Assembly: GCA_000004985.1 (NCBI GenBank)
Contig: GG738853.1
Source of the DNA: Naegleria gruberi
Taxonomy: Eukaryota
DNA length: 64,000 bases
Strand: one strand, 5' to 3'
The first letter of the stretch is position 1. The number at the start of each line of letters is the position of its first letter. Below are positions 24,459-35,843 of the stretch, in pieces. Both the position numbers and the translations under genes were made by a program. A model generated the notes under the pieces. That model saw only the letters and a list, made by a program, of their open reading frames with translations, did no database searches and was not told where the DNA came from.

Positions 24459-26312
24459 ATGACTAGAGATATATCCTCTCATCAGATAGTGCTATCGGAT
24501 CAAAGTCTAGCCAACAATCAACAGCAGCATACATCCAATGAAAGTAGTGATGGCAGTAGTACTTGCAACCAGCAACAGCATCACCAGGAGAATAGTCCTA
24601 GACAACAAGAACAACATGTTTCAATTGTAAATAGTTGTCAATCAGAACAGTCTTGGATTGCTTTGACTCCGAGGGATTCTTCAGAGCATAATCATCATTG
24701 GAATAGTAATAACAACAACAACACTCCACCATGCGTACAATCCGTACTTGTGGATGAAAAGAAGGAAGAAATGGAATTAGAAGATGTTTGTGGCAGTTTT
24801 ATTGGAAATCAAAAAGAAAAACAATCAATGAATGAAGAACTGAAAGATATTTGTCAGGAGATGAAGGGTATTGGAATATCACCCAGTGCATTGCAATTAG
24901 AGTTAGCAGAGAAGGGAGAATGTCTTCAAGATGTAGGTCTCATTTCTCAGGTTTCAGTCTTTGGAATTTCATGGTATTACAAGAGGACGAGGTTGCAATT
25001 TTGTTACAAGTGCTGTTTGCTGTCGACTCCATTGTTGTGTCTATGCTGGAGCACAATTCTCTTGCTTACCTTATTCTTTGTTGCATGTTTTGGATACTAT
25101 TCTCACATGCCAATTGATGGCACTGGATCATGTGCTACTCTATACTATAGTGAAAATGTATTTGGTCCTATTGTAACAATGGCTGATTTGAATTTGGAAA
25201 AGGAGAAACTATTCTTCTCCTCTCTGGATTTTATGAATTCTACCACCACTTCAGATAATTTACCAATCAATTATTACAATACTCTCATGACACACAATTC
25301 ATATCATCGAAGAGGAATGATGGCTTCATTCATTCCTTCAATGAATTACGAACACGACTCTTTAACAAATCAACTCAATAGAAATGTTCGAGGATTGGAG
25401 CTGGACATTCACTTGAATAGAAGAACGGAAAGATTTCAGGTTTATCACATTCCACTCATTGATGATAAGAGTAATTGTAATTGTTTTTTAAGTTGCCTTT
25501 TGGAAATTAAGAATTGGATGACAACCAACACCAAAAACAATGACAAACCAGATCTCATCACCATTTTCATAGAGCCAAAGTATGCAAGAGACTTTGTTCC
25601 ATTCTGTAGAAAGGAAGACACACATACCCTTCCAAATTTGATGAATGAAATTCTTAGAGTATTCTCACCAGAGCAAATATTGACACCTGCCAAACTTAAA
25701 GGAGACTATTCAAGTTTGAGAACAAGTGTTAGTGGTAGAGGATGGCCTTTGAAAAGTTCAGTCAAAGGTATGGTTCTTTTTGTTCTCAACTTGTGGGATG
25801 AGAATGATGAATGTAAATATCTACTCAGAAATGAGAAATCATTATATTCCAATAATGTAACCTCCATGGATTTAATATTCTACAGGGAGTATTGGAATAA
25901 TATGGCCTCCGCTAAGAGTGATTCAGTATTCTTTGAGGTTGACGATGCTAGAGTATTCATGAATACGAGTGCTGTTGAACCAATGCTCGTTTCCAATGCT
26001 CTCCTCGATCAGAATACTTTATACGTAGAGGATCCTAGCTATATCATTTCTAGTCCTGTTACAAAGGCAGTCCAACGTGGCTACATGATTCGTTGTACAG
26101 CTGGAGCTGTTACTGAATTGAGAGCTCGAATTTCGATGGCCAAGAAGAAGAATCCAAATCTCAAATTGAAAGATTTGAGTAAAACAGAGGCATGTCTTAG
26201 AAGTGGAGCTCAGTTACTCAACACTGATTATCCCTATGCTGACCTATTTTTATCCCTCTTTACCAATCAAACCTTCCAAAATCCACTCTTTTCAAATAAC
26301 AATAATGGATAG
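24459..26312 (+). CDS. Membrane-anchored PI-PLC X-domain (PLC-like phosphodiesterase) protein
   Basis: TM segment LLCLCWSTILLLTLFFVACFGYY. MTHNSYH...LELDIHLN matches the catalytic His-containing X-box of phosphatidylinositol-specific PLCs. The ORF is open from a GTG at 24345; the first ATG is 24459. Confidence 0.5.
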   Translation: MTRDISSHQIVLSDQSLANNQQQHTSNESSDGSSTCNQQQHHQENSPRQQEQHVSIVNSCQSEQSWIALTPRDSSEHNHHWNSNNNNNTPPCVQSVLVDEKKEEMELEDVCGSFIGNQKEKQSMNEELKDICQEMKGIGISPSALQLELAEKGECLQDVGLISQVSVFGISWYYKRTRLQFCYKCCLLSTPLLCLCWSTILLLTLFFVACFGYYSHMPIDGTGSCATLYYSENVFGPIVTMADLNLEKEKLFFSSLDFMNSTTTSDNLPINYYNTLMTHNSYHRRGMMASFIPSMNYEHDSLTNQLNRNVRGLELDIHLNRRTERFQVYHIPLIDDKSNCNCFLSCLLEIKNWMTTNTKNNDKPDLITIFIEPKYARDFVPFCRKEDTHTLPNLMNEILRVFSPEQILTPAKLKGDYSSLRTSVSGRGWPLKSSVKGMVLFVLNLWDENDECKYLLRNEKSLYSNNVTSMDLIFYREYWNNMASAKSDSVFFEVDDARVFMNTSAVEPMLVSNALLDQNTLYVEDPSYIISSPVTKAVQRGYMIRCTAGAVTELRARISMAKKKNPNLKLKDLSKTEACLRSGAQLLNTDYPYADLFLSLFTNQTFQNPLFSNNNNG

Positions 26313-26319
26313 AATAATT

Positions 26320-27504
26320 TTATTGGTTATTTTCTGATGTGTTCTTCATTCTCTTTTGATAGATTCTGAACACAATAATACATCCAAGAACTTGATTAAT
26401 AATTTGTTGAGCATAGAGCACAAAAACAAGAGCAATTTTGGTGGCATCCCACTCACCATCCTCTTCCATAACATGATAGACCAAAACACCTGAAATAATT
26501 GTATCAATGAAGAGAGCTCCCAATACAAATCCACACATTATCAATCTCTTCTTTACAAGCAAAATTGGAAGAATGGTAACCAAAACACAAGGTATCAAGT
26601 GCACAACTGAATTCACAATGACCATGGCAGCTGTATAAAAGAATAGAATTGAAGTAATGACAATAAAGACAGTCATTAATCTATTCTCCTTCACCCACTC
26701 AATAATATTCCTTGGTTTGTTCTCCACTTCATCTACCTTGATATGGTGTGCCTCAATGTCAACATCAACTGGAGCATGAATAAGAGTTGGTTGAATCATT
26801 TCTGGAGTTTCTCTTGGTAAATCATAGATAATTTGTTGTTGTGGAGGAATCATGACTGGTTGACTGTAATGATTTGGATTAATGTATTCAACAGGTTGAA
26901 ACTCTTGGGTAGTAGTACTGTACGGATTTTGATGATCATAAATAGTGTCATGAACTAAATTGTCATTGTAAGGAACACTTGCTTCTTGATGCATTCCATA
27001 TTCGATTGCAGAAGATTTATACGAATCTTGGCTCATTGGTTGTTGGTAATTGTTATTATTATTACTTGCGTTCATCATTTCTACTGACTGAATTTCTTGG
27101 TTATTGTATTGATTTTCAACTGGCTCTTCTTGTTGAATAGGAGACGAAACTTGAAAATATTGATTTGAAACACTTTTGAAAGATGCAAATTCCAAATCAG
27201 ATTCGTCTATTTCTTCTTCGCTTTGAGAAATGATACTAACTGGTGAATCAAAAGAATTTGAATAATAATTTTGATTAATTTGTAAATTGAGAGAAAGCTG
27301 TGGTTGATTGGACGAAACTGTTTTACTACTATTCGAATAATCAAAAGCTACAGTTGTTGGAGTTGAAGAAGGAGGAGATGATGAATGAATAATAAGAGTT
27401 GGAACTTCCTCTTCGTAATTAGAATCTTCTTGTTGAAAGTAAGGATTGTGGTTTAATTGACTTGTATTTTCTTCAACTGTTTTCTGGTTGTTAATGCGAG
27501 TCAT
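26320..27504 (-). CDS. Hypothetical membrane protein (S/N/Q-rich N-terminus, 4 C-terminal TM segments)
   Basis: Single ORF. C-terminal hydrophobic helices VFIVITSILFFYTAAMVIV, LVTILPILLV, GFVLGALFIDTIISGVLVY and ALVFVLYAQQII. Confidence 0.4.
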   Translation of the reverse strand: MTRINNQKTVEENTSQLNHNPYFQQEDSNYEEEVPTLIIHSSSPPSSTPTTVAFDYSNSSKTVSSNQPQLSLNLQINQNYYSNSFDSPVSIISQSEEEIDESDLEFASFKSVSNQYFQVSSPIQQEEPVENQYNNQEIQSVEMMNASNNNNNYQQPMSQDSYKSSAIEYGMHQEASVPYNDNLVHDTIYDHQNPYSTTTQEFQPVEYINPNHYSQPVMIPPQQQIIYDLPRETPEMIQPTLIHAPVDVDIEAHHIKVDEVENKPRNIIEWVKENRLMTVFIVITSILFFYTAAMVIVNSVVHLIPCVLVTILPILLVKKRLIMCGFVLGALFIDTIISGVLVYHVMEEDGEWDATKIALVFVLYAQQIINQVLGCIIVFRIYQKRMKNTSENNQ

Positions 27505-27648
27505 TTTCTAATTAAATAAATAAAACGAAAATGTTTTTAAAGAATTTGAATCGATTCATGAAAAAGACTATTTTTGTCAAGGAAATTTAAATGCCCCATT
27601 TTTGGAAAGTAGATCAAAAACAAGTACTTTCCTGTTATATAAATTAGT

Positions 27649-28674
27649 TTACAATTTATTATTTGCTTTTAAAATTTGCAAGTAATTTATCTTATTCACA
27701 GGTGCTGATGATTTCTCACTGATCTGTTCCACTTTCAGTTCGGAAATCAAATGCTCAGGATGTTTGTAACGTTTCGAATTTAAACACCAAACTCCAAAAC
27801 CTTTCATTGCTTCCTTAATCGAGTTTCTTACTTGACAAGTTTCCATCCTTTCCAATTCCATAAGAAAATCATACAATCTAGCAATAGTCATCAAGAAACT
27901 CTGTTCTGTCGATTGTTTAGTTTCATTTTGTAAGCAAATGGCATGGTTGACCAAAGTTCCATCCCTCAATTCTTTAGGAAAAGATGCCAAATCATTAATT
28001 AGGAAGAAACATTCATTGGAAATTCGTTGAAACTTTTCAATTTCCAAAGTGGTCACAAAATCGAATTGTAATTTAGCCATTTCCATATATATCGAACCTA
28101 GAGAATCAATTCTTCGCCACTGATCACATTTTTCAACTGAAATTTGACTTCCATCAGCCCAGTAAGTTGCCATCTCCAAGCTTGTTTTGAAATATTTCAC
28201 CATTTCGAATTGTAATGTTCGAATCTGAAACTGTGTGAAGAATGAACAAGAGTTGAATAATTCGTCCATCACATAGAGACCTAAACGAATCGATGGATTG
28301 TGGGTTCTTGAAAAGTACTCTTCTTGACCTTCAAATTTCTCAACCAGTTGTATGTGCGTGATCAACTCCTTTCGAATAGTTTCGTCTACATCTTTCAAAC
28401 AATCACAAGCGTCATCAACAATTGACAAGTACAATGTAATCAATGCAAATATCCTCATAATCTTGTAAGAAACTTGTGGAAACGGTCCACATGCGCATCC
28501 ACAACAATCAGCAATTCCATACTTGTGATAATTATCTGAAGGAAATTTGAAAACTTGAAAACACAAATTTTGTAATTCTGTTGTAATTTCCTTGCAATGT
28601 TTGTTGATTTTTGGTGAAGAAGGATTCCATAGCGTTGTTATTTGTTGATAGTATTCATCGATTGACCAATTCAT
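27649..28674 (-). CDS. Class I terpene synthase (microbial/amoebal-type, ~340 aa)
   Basis: Aspartate-rich motif IVDDACD (DDxxD) at about residue 86. NSE/DTE triad LINDLASFPKE at about residue 228. Spacing and length match single-domain sesquiterpene-synthase-like enzymes. Confidence 0.6.
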   Translation of the reverse strand: MNWSIDEYYQQITTLWNPSSPKINKHCKEITTELQNLCFQVFKFPSDNYHKYGIADCCGCACGPFPQVSYKIMRIFALITLYLSIVDDACDCLKDVDETIRKELITHIQLVEKFEGQEEYFSRTHNPSIRLGLYVMDELFNSCSFFTQFQIRTLQFEMVKYFKTSLEMATYWADGSQISVEKCDQWRRIDSLGSIYMEMAKLQFDFVTTLEIEKFQRISNECFFLINDLASFPKELRDGTLVNHAICLQNETKQSTEQSFLMTIARLYDFLMELERMETCQVRNSIKEAMKGFGVWCLNSKRYKHPEHLISELKVEQISEKSSAPVNKINYLQILKANNKL

Positions 28675-29172
28675 TTCTTCAAGAATAGTTTTCGGTTTCG
28701 TCTATTTTTCTGTTGTTACTTTTTCGAAACTGCTTGTGGATTCTCAAAATAATGGAGCTAGTAAGCAAGGTCGGCTTGTTTACTCAACACCTTGTGTTTG
28801 ATCTATGATGAAAATGAAGCGCTTTTCATGGAGGAACGTCACTTGTCTTGACTCTTTGTGACTTTTATGGACGTAGGAAATAGTAAGTTTGGCAAGTTGA
28901 GCATTGACCCAATTGGGATTTATTCAATAATTATCTTGTTTCCATTCCATATTTACCTATTTTCTTCCATCATTCTTAATAACAATATGAAAAGAAATTA
29001 TTAGAAACTGTAGTTTCATTGTGGTGTTACTGGCAACAGTGTTAGAGAATGATATTGGTTTCAACAATAACGTTTTTCACTGACTAAATGATTATATTGA
29101 AATTTATAAAGTGTTGATTATAATAATTATCATTCAACGCATTGTATGGAAAACATTCCTGATATTAAAAAA

Positions 29173-29290
29173 GACTACAGCACCACAGGTTCCCAAGTTG
29201 TCTCCAACCTCAGTACTGATGTGGCTCGACTATACTTAACTTCTCAAATCGGACGGGATGAGGTGCATTCATCGTGATATGGCCGTAGCC
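29173..29290 (-). rRNA. 5S ribosomal RNA gene
   Basis: Reverse complement reads GGCTACGGCCATATCAC...CATCCCGTCCGATTTGAGAAGTTAAG...GTACTGAGGTTGGAGACAACTTGGGAACCTGTGGTGCTGTAGTC. Helix I ends pair, loop-A GGCCATA, loop-C GATCTG-like, GAAGTTAAG, and terminal GGTGCTGTAG. The GGTTGGAGACAAC block resembles the Dictyostelium 5S as I recall it. Confidence 0.65.
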
Positions 29291-29501
29291 ATTCATAATC
29301 ATAAAATCTGAATTTTAAATGAATTCCCTTGGTCCAGTATTGAAAATTGAGATAGTAATGATGTTGTTCGCCATTCTAAACCTTAAATTAAGGTTTACCA
29401 ATAGTCTCAACCTTAAAAGTAAGCCAAGGCAGTATCCTATGTTATCATGTGTATTAATTTAGGATTCCATGCAAATTAAGCAACTCTTTATTTAATTTTG
29501 A

Positions 29502-30356
29502 TTATTTATCTTTCGAATATTGTTTCTTTTCGGTGAATTTCACAAAATTAAGGTTAGTTCCAATCAATTTATCAATTAAACAATACCACGCCCCATAGCA
29601 GTCTTGATAATGTGTATGATGATAGGTATGCTCACTGGCATCCAATAAAATTGACTTGGTGACAGGACTAGTTCTGTAATATTTCATAAAATCAAATCCT
29701 GAATGAGAATGAATTGCTTCAAACGTCTTAACCACAGTCCAAACAAAAGACCAAAATAAATGAGCATGTGTCAATAAAGGACCACTCATGACAGCTGGCA
29801 CTGTCACTAAAAATTCAATTGGATGAAAATATTGAGAACCAATTGAGACTGAGTATTTGATTTCATGATGAAGGTAATGAACATACTTGTAAACATATGG
29901 AATTTTGTGTAATAGAAAGTGAACTATGAATGTGAAAATGTCATCACATAAAATAAATATTGGAATGATGACTAATTGACTGACAAGTGACTCGTTTTGT
30001 AAATCTTGATAGCTGCGACTGAAAGGAGGTGGAAAGAACACACCCATCAATATACTCACTGGTAATCCAATTAAAATATGAATTTTCCAAACTTGTTTTA
30101 CAATTTTCATGTAAAGTTCTGAATCGAGAGGCGAGTTTTTTGGATTTATCAAGAATTGATCCATAAAATTCAAATATTTGTTGATTATCCAATGAACTGA
30201 ATGTCCATTTAGTTGTCTTGTCTTTGCTATTTGATAAATAACAAAAGGTCCATTCAAAAACCAAAAAGAAATTATTTGACAAATGACAGGATAAATTCCA
30301 TAGCATACCCATGAAGGAACTGATTCAATGTAGGTCTTCCATAAGTACTCCAACAT
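29502..30356 (-). CDS. Fatty-acid hydroxylase superfamily oxygenase (sterol desaturase / C4-methyl oxidase-like)
   Basis: Three His boxes (HKIPYVYKYVHYLHH, HSHSGFD, HTYHHTH) and four hydrophobic segments, typical of ERG3/ERG25/SC5D-type di-iron membrane oxygenases. Confidence 0.6.
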   Translation of the reverse strand: MLEYLWKTYIESVPSWVCYGIYPVICQIISFWFLNGPFVIYQIAKTRQLNGHSVHWIINKYLNFMDQFLINPKNSPLDSELYMKIVKQVWKIHILIGLPVSILMGVFFPPPFSRSYQDLQNESLVSQLVIIPIFILCDDIFTFIVHFLLHKIPYVYKYVHYLHHEIKYSVSIGSQYFHPIEFLVTVPAVMSGPLLTHAHLFWSFVWTVVKTFEAIHSHSGFDFMKYYRTSPVTKSILLDASEHTYHHTHYQDCYGAWYCLIDKLIGTNLNFVKFTEKKQYSKDK

Positions 30357-30742
30357 TATTTACCAATTATTTTCCTAGAATGATGAGTAAATTTGAGTTG
30401 TTTCAATTTTTTTGAGGTGATCACTGAAAAGTTGACAATATTTGCCGTTCTCACATTGTAAACTTTGTTCTGTTGTTGGAAAGTAATCACTTCTCTCTGT
30501 TGAATGTTCCACTGTCGGTATTCTATCCATATTTCCATGATGAAGTTTCACTTTATCTTTCGAATAATGAAAAGTTTAGTTTGCTTTAACTCTTAGTTGT
30601 AAAACTAATTAGAAACATTGTTTTTTTATTAACTTCCAAACAATATTAAGGGTTATATTCTCATATTCAGTTTCCACTTTAAATTGGCGCCAAAATTATT
30701 AAGAGTAAATTTAAATATTAATAAAAAATTATTTAAAAAAAA

Positions 30743-31679
30743 ATGACCAAAGACAATCAGCATCACAACCCAACGGAAGACGATACTACACTCATCAAGG
30801 ATTATCCAACCATTCGAAAAGAAAAGCTAAAATTCCGAAAATCTCTCATCAAAAACGCCCGATCACAATTTTTAACTTTTAATCTTAGATGTCGATTACG
30901 TAAACCACTCACCGATGAAGCAATAATTGCTCTGAAGGATTATCTTGATGTGGAGAAGAATAATTTTACTACTGTTATGCAAACTATTGTAACTATTAGG
31001 GGCTTAGTATCCACTGAAAAGAAGAATGTGTTGCACATGACTTCTGTGATTATTGATAGTGGAATTGCTAATTGTATTTTGGAGTTTTTAAATTGGGATG
31101 CGAGTAAGATTGCTTCTACTATACCGACAAATCAACTGGACAAGTTTTATATGGAAGTCACGTGGATTATTTCCAATATTGCCTCTGGAACAACAGTTCA
31201 CACTCAGTATATTGTATCATCAGGTTGCATTCCAAACATTGTCAACATTCTTGAAACACATACAAATTTATTGGTGAAAGAACAATGTGTTTGGGCTCTG
31301 GGAAACATTGCTGCTGAATCAGTTACCTGTAGAGATTTGGTTTTGAATTTAGATGTAGTGCCCTTAATAGTGGATATTTTAACTATGGAAATCGGTAACA
31401 TTAGTAATAATATTGAACTGGTTAGAACTGGTAAGTTATCATTTACTCATGTATATAATTTGAATCGTTTAAGTGATTTGGTGTTTAAAAAATATGTTGG
31501 AAAAGACTCCATTTCCACCAAAGAAAACAGTTGCAAAAGCAGTACCAATTCTTACAAAGCTGACTGTTTACTCGCAAGACAAGGAGATTATTGATGATGT
31601 TGTTGCAGCTTTACATACTGCTTTTATCATTTTGAAACCTTCAGGTGTTGCAGATGCCTTAAAAGCACAAATTGAATAA
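30743..31679 (+). CDS. Armadillo-repeat protein, importin-alpha-like (exons 30743..31430, 31474..31679; 43-nt intron)
   Basis: ARM consensus KEQCVWALGNIAAES and VVPLIVDIL. Exon 2 has PFPPKKTVAKAVPILTKL...DVVAALH, like importin-alpha ARM 5-6. Shorter than canonical importin-alpha. Confidence 0.45.
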
Positions 31680-32002
31680 TAGGTTTATTGAATATTTGAG
31701 TGGATACTAATTTTTCATTTTCTCTCCATCTAACTTCTAGTTCATTGAATGTTTGGAATTATTTCTTTCAAATTCTCCACTCACAAGAACAGTGGAATTA
31801 AAATTAAGATTTGGTTCTTTAAGAATACAATAGACCAAAAGCTACAATTTTATCGTAAAGTAATATTGTAAAGTGTTAATTAATAACCTGGCCATTGTAA
31901 TTGGATCTTTTTACGATTTAACGAACTCGTTAGGAACATTAGAAATCATTCCAAACATTTGTGGAAAATCCTGATTTTTAATGTTTTTAAAATTGAAAAA
32001 AA

Positions 32003-33871
32003 ATGATCAACATTCGTCTCGATTATCCACAGGCATTATTTGCCCATCCTACAAGTGGTAACATTTATTTTAGTGATATTAATAATAGGAGGCTATTCAA
32101 ATACTGTCCCTTCTCTGCCGAATTAATTACACTTTCCGATAGTGTTGGTACGAAATCCCTCTATGTTACCAAAGATGAACAATACTTGTACTTTACATCA
32201 TCAGACTCACACACTATCAAATTGATGGATTTGAAGAGTGGAAAGGTTACAATTATTGCAGGAATGGAAAATGTTGCTGCTTTTAATGGGGATGGAAAGT
32301 CAGCATTGGAAACTAGTTTATTTTCACCTTCTAGTTTGATAGTTTTTGAAGAGGAGAAGGAGATTTACTTTTATGATATTCAAAATCATCGTGTGAGAAA
32401 GATAACAAGTGGAGGAATTGTTGAAACTGTTATAGATGTTGGAGATTATCCTACTTTTAAAAAGAATTCAATGCAAATTAATTCGTGTTATGGACATATG
32501 AAATTTTCTCAATCAAGAAAGTTCCTCTACATTTCTAATGAAACATACAGTCTCTTTAGAATTGACATGGAAACAAAAGAAGCCACTTGTATTTTCAAGA
32601 AATACGCTTTAATGAACTGGTACCTGACTGACGATCAAATTTATGCAACATGTTATTGTGAGGTTGTTAGAATTGATATTGTCAATTTATCAGCACATTC
32701 AATTATCGATCTTAACTCGAAAGGCGAATTTAAAGATATTGTTATACTTGACAATAACACAGCTCTGATAATGATGAAATATCATGAAAATGAACATGAA
32801 CCAATAAGATTTGTTTGTTGTAAATTGAGACTTTCGGATGGTAATTTGCATTCTACAATTATCAGAACTAGTGCAAACAAACAATATGAGGAACCTAGAA
32901 AATTCTTCTTTGTTGGTAACAGTGCATTCAACATTCCCAAACTACCAAGAGATACCAAAATTGGTAACGTTATTTATTTCGAACCTCTGTTAAAAAAAGT
33001 TGCACCAATATTGTACAAACAAATCCAACAAAGACAATTCGATACAGATGAGATACAATACTTGGTTGACTATTGCATTTATCATAATTACAATGATTTT
33101 AAGGAGGTAAATTCTGAACTTATGAAAGGATTACAAAGTTATTTCAAAACCGAATTTGATCCAATATTTAAACCACTATTGGAATATATTCAGAAAGTTT
33201 CTGGTATGATTCCTCCATCACAAGAACAACATAATAAGAGAAGATTTTTTCAAAAGCCAAACCAGGAATCACCAAATAATGAAGAGCTAAATTTCACAAA
33301 GAATCATCTCCCTGAATTATTTAATGATGTTAATACCTCTGACTTTTCAATCTTTTTGAATGGCAATGAATGGAAATGTCACAAGACTATCCTTTCCAAA
33401 AGCAAATTCTTCAAAACACTGACCGAAAGTTCACACGCATTTTCTGACAAAAAAGAGAATGCCTTTTATATGGATGCAGACACCAATCCAACAACGGCAG
33501 AAATTATTATCAAATACCTATATGATATTCAGCCAAATGTTGATACGTTATCAGCAAGTGATATTTTAGAACTCGTTCAATTATCCAAACTTCATGAATT
33601 GGACTCTCTTGGACATGCTTGCATTCAAAACCTTAATATTACACTCAATCTATTTGACCCTCTTGCTCAATTCATTGAAAAATACGATTTAAATGAGTTC
33701 CCTTCCCTCTATCAAAAACTTGTTCAATTCGCTCTGCAAAACACTCACGAATTGCTTGAGAATATTTATGGAGGAGAGCTTGCTAAATTGCCTTCCTTTG
33801 TGCTGACTCCTCTGTTGGCTAGTCTTCCACAGTGGGCTCAATTTTATCTCCATAAACAATTAAAACAATAA
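32003..33871 (+). CDS. NHL-repeat / BTB(POZ)-domain protein
   Basis: N-terminal SGNIYFSDINNRRLFKY-type NHL/beta-propeller repeats. C-terminal BTB domain DFSIFLNGNEWKCHKTILSKSKFF...AEIIIKYLYD. Confidence 0.5.
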   Translation: MINIRLDYPQALFAHPTSGNIYFSDINNRRLFKYCPFSAELITLSDSVGTKSLYVTKDEQYLYFTSSDSHTIKLMDLKSGKVTIIAGMENVAAFNGDGKSALETSLFSPSSLIVFEEEKEIYFYDIQNHRVRKITSGGIVETVIDVGDYPTFKKNSMQINSCYGHMKFSQSRKFLYISNETYSLFRIDMETKEATCIFKKYALMNWYLTDDQIYATCYCEVVRIDIVNLSAHSIIDLNSKGEFKDIVILDNNTALIMMKYHENEHEPIRFVCCKLRLSDGNLHSTIIRTSANKQYEEPRKFFFVGNSAFNIPKLPRDTKIGNVIYFEPLLKKVAPILYKQIQQRQFDTDEIQYLVDYCIYHNYNDFKEVNSELMKGLQSYFKTEFDPIFKPLLEYIQKVSGMIPPSQEQHNKRRFFQKPNQESPNNEELNFTKNHLPELFNDVNTSDFSIFLNGNEWKCHKTILSKSKFFKTLTESSHAFSDKKENAFYMDADTNPTTAEIIIKYLYDIQPNVDTLSASDILELVQLSKLHELDSLGHACIQNLNITLNLFDPLAQFIEKYDLNEFPSLYQKLVQFALQNTHELLENIYGGELAKLPSFVLTPLLASLPQWAQFYLHKQLKQ

Positions 33872-34300
33872 TATTACAAAATATTGAATGTGAACAATTA
33901 TTTTGTGTTTCTAGTGAAAAATTTGCAGGTGTTGGCTTATTCGACTATGTTGAGGGTGAGGATTTGGGAAAGATTGTGCAAACAGTGAATTTATGCTTAG
34001 CATTACTCCAAATACCAACGTCCACCTCTTGTTTCTGCCCTATATATTCTTCTAAACTGTGTTTAATAGTGCCATTTCTCAAAATTCTTTACCATCTTGT
34101 CTTCATTCAATGCAGGTTCTTCACACTGATACACAACAAAGTTCAAAAATGGCGCCAATGAACCTTATTACAATCACCACAATTTGATGGAAAATTGCAA
34201 TAAAAAACAGCAAAAAAATATTCATCACAACATATCAACCCTCTTCATAGTAGTAACAATAATATTTTGATTAACTAGTAATTTAATATATCATCAAGAA

Positions 34301-35843
34301 ATGACAAAGAAAACCAAAAAAGGAGCAAACATACCACCAACCGATCACTCTTCCGATGAGAAATCAACTCTATTGCACAAATTTGATGCTCTCGATGACA
34401 TTGAAATTATAGGGAAGAACTTGATGAATGTTAGAATATCAGCACTGTTGGCCTTCTATAAACAGTATTTGAAAGAGCAACAGGAAACAGAGAGGGCAAT
34501 AATGTTGCAAAAGAAGAGTCAAAATTCATCTTGTCAAATTCCTGACTTGTATGATATTTATGAAATGTTTCCACACATTCCATCCAAACGTATCAATGTA
34601 TTATATCACGAAGTTTGTAATAATCATGTGGAAGGATTGGTTGATGTCTTGTTAACTCTTGATCCGAATGATTTACAATACACGGAAGATATTGTTGAAG
34701 ACAATTCTTCTGAAATTGATACATATGTAAATAATTATGCTACAGATTTGAAGAGATTTGACATGGCAACTGTAGCCAACCAATATTTAGATCCTGCTGT
34801 TTCTGATCTAGAAAAGGATTATCTGCAAGCTGTAAAGATTAGAAAAATGGCATTCGAAGAGTATGGAATTTATGAGGAGGTTGAAATTCATGAAGAATCA
34901 CAACCAAACATGGATGAAATGAATGATGCAGAAAAGGAATGGTATTATGAAATGAAATTAAAGAAGGAAAAATTAAAAAAGGAACGAGAATTCATTTTGA
35001 AAAAGATGAGAGAAGAGAAAATGTCCAGAAACACCAGATACTATTGTAAAGGAGAAGAGGAATTACTGAATAGTACCTCAAACGAAATCAAGAGATATCA
35101 ATTTACTAGAAATATAACATTTGATTTCGAAGCAGAGTATTTCCACTTTAGAATTGTAGAATCACACTTTGATAGACTCATGAATAGGCAAATTTATGGT
35201 TATCAAGGATATCAACAACCATATCATATTTCAGATGTAGAGTACATTGTAAATCCTGAATGTTTTAGAAAATTCTATGCTTGCAAGAAGGAACTCGCCA
35301 AGAAACACAACTTTTTATACGAATCCATGAATTGCTACTTGCTATTCCATGGTACATCTGATGTAAATATGGAAAATATTATCAAGACAAATTTCATGTT
35401 GAGTAAGGTTGGTTCCAGTACCGATAAGGGATTCTATGGTGGAGGTTTCTACTTTTCAGAAAATCCTAGCATGTCCATGTAAGTTATTTTCAATAATCTC
35501 AAATCATTCTTATTTTCTATAATTTCCAAATCATTCTCAATAGTTCATACTCGAGAGGAAATCCAAACCTGCTGGTTTGTATGGTAATGGTTGGAAAGGC
35601 CTTCCACATGACAAATGTTCAACTGGGAAGAGATTTAGAAAAGGGGCACGATAGTCATGTCAGTCCTGATGGTAAGTTTTATTATTTTCATTATTTCTCA
35701 ATACAATTATTACAATTATTGATTAATCATATCAATTAGGATGTTCTGAGGTGATTATTTTCAATCCTGACCAAGTTATTCCAATGTACAAGGTTAAGTA
35801 TGCTGCTGGTCCTCCTACTTTTGATAACAAACCAAGACATTAA
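34301..35843 (+). CDS. PARP-family ADP-ribosyltransferase catalytic-domain protein (exons 34301..35478, 35544..35671, 35740..35843)
   Basis: LLFHGTS...GFYGGGFYFSENPSMS | ISYS...LLVCMVMVGKAFH...SHVSPDG | GCSEVIIFNPDQVIPMYKVKY is the H-Y-E PARP signature. It spans three exons joined by GTAAGT introns of 65 and 68 nt. Confidence 0.6.
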
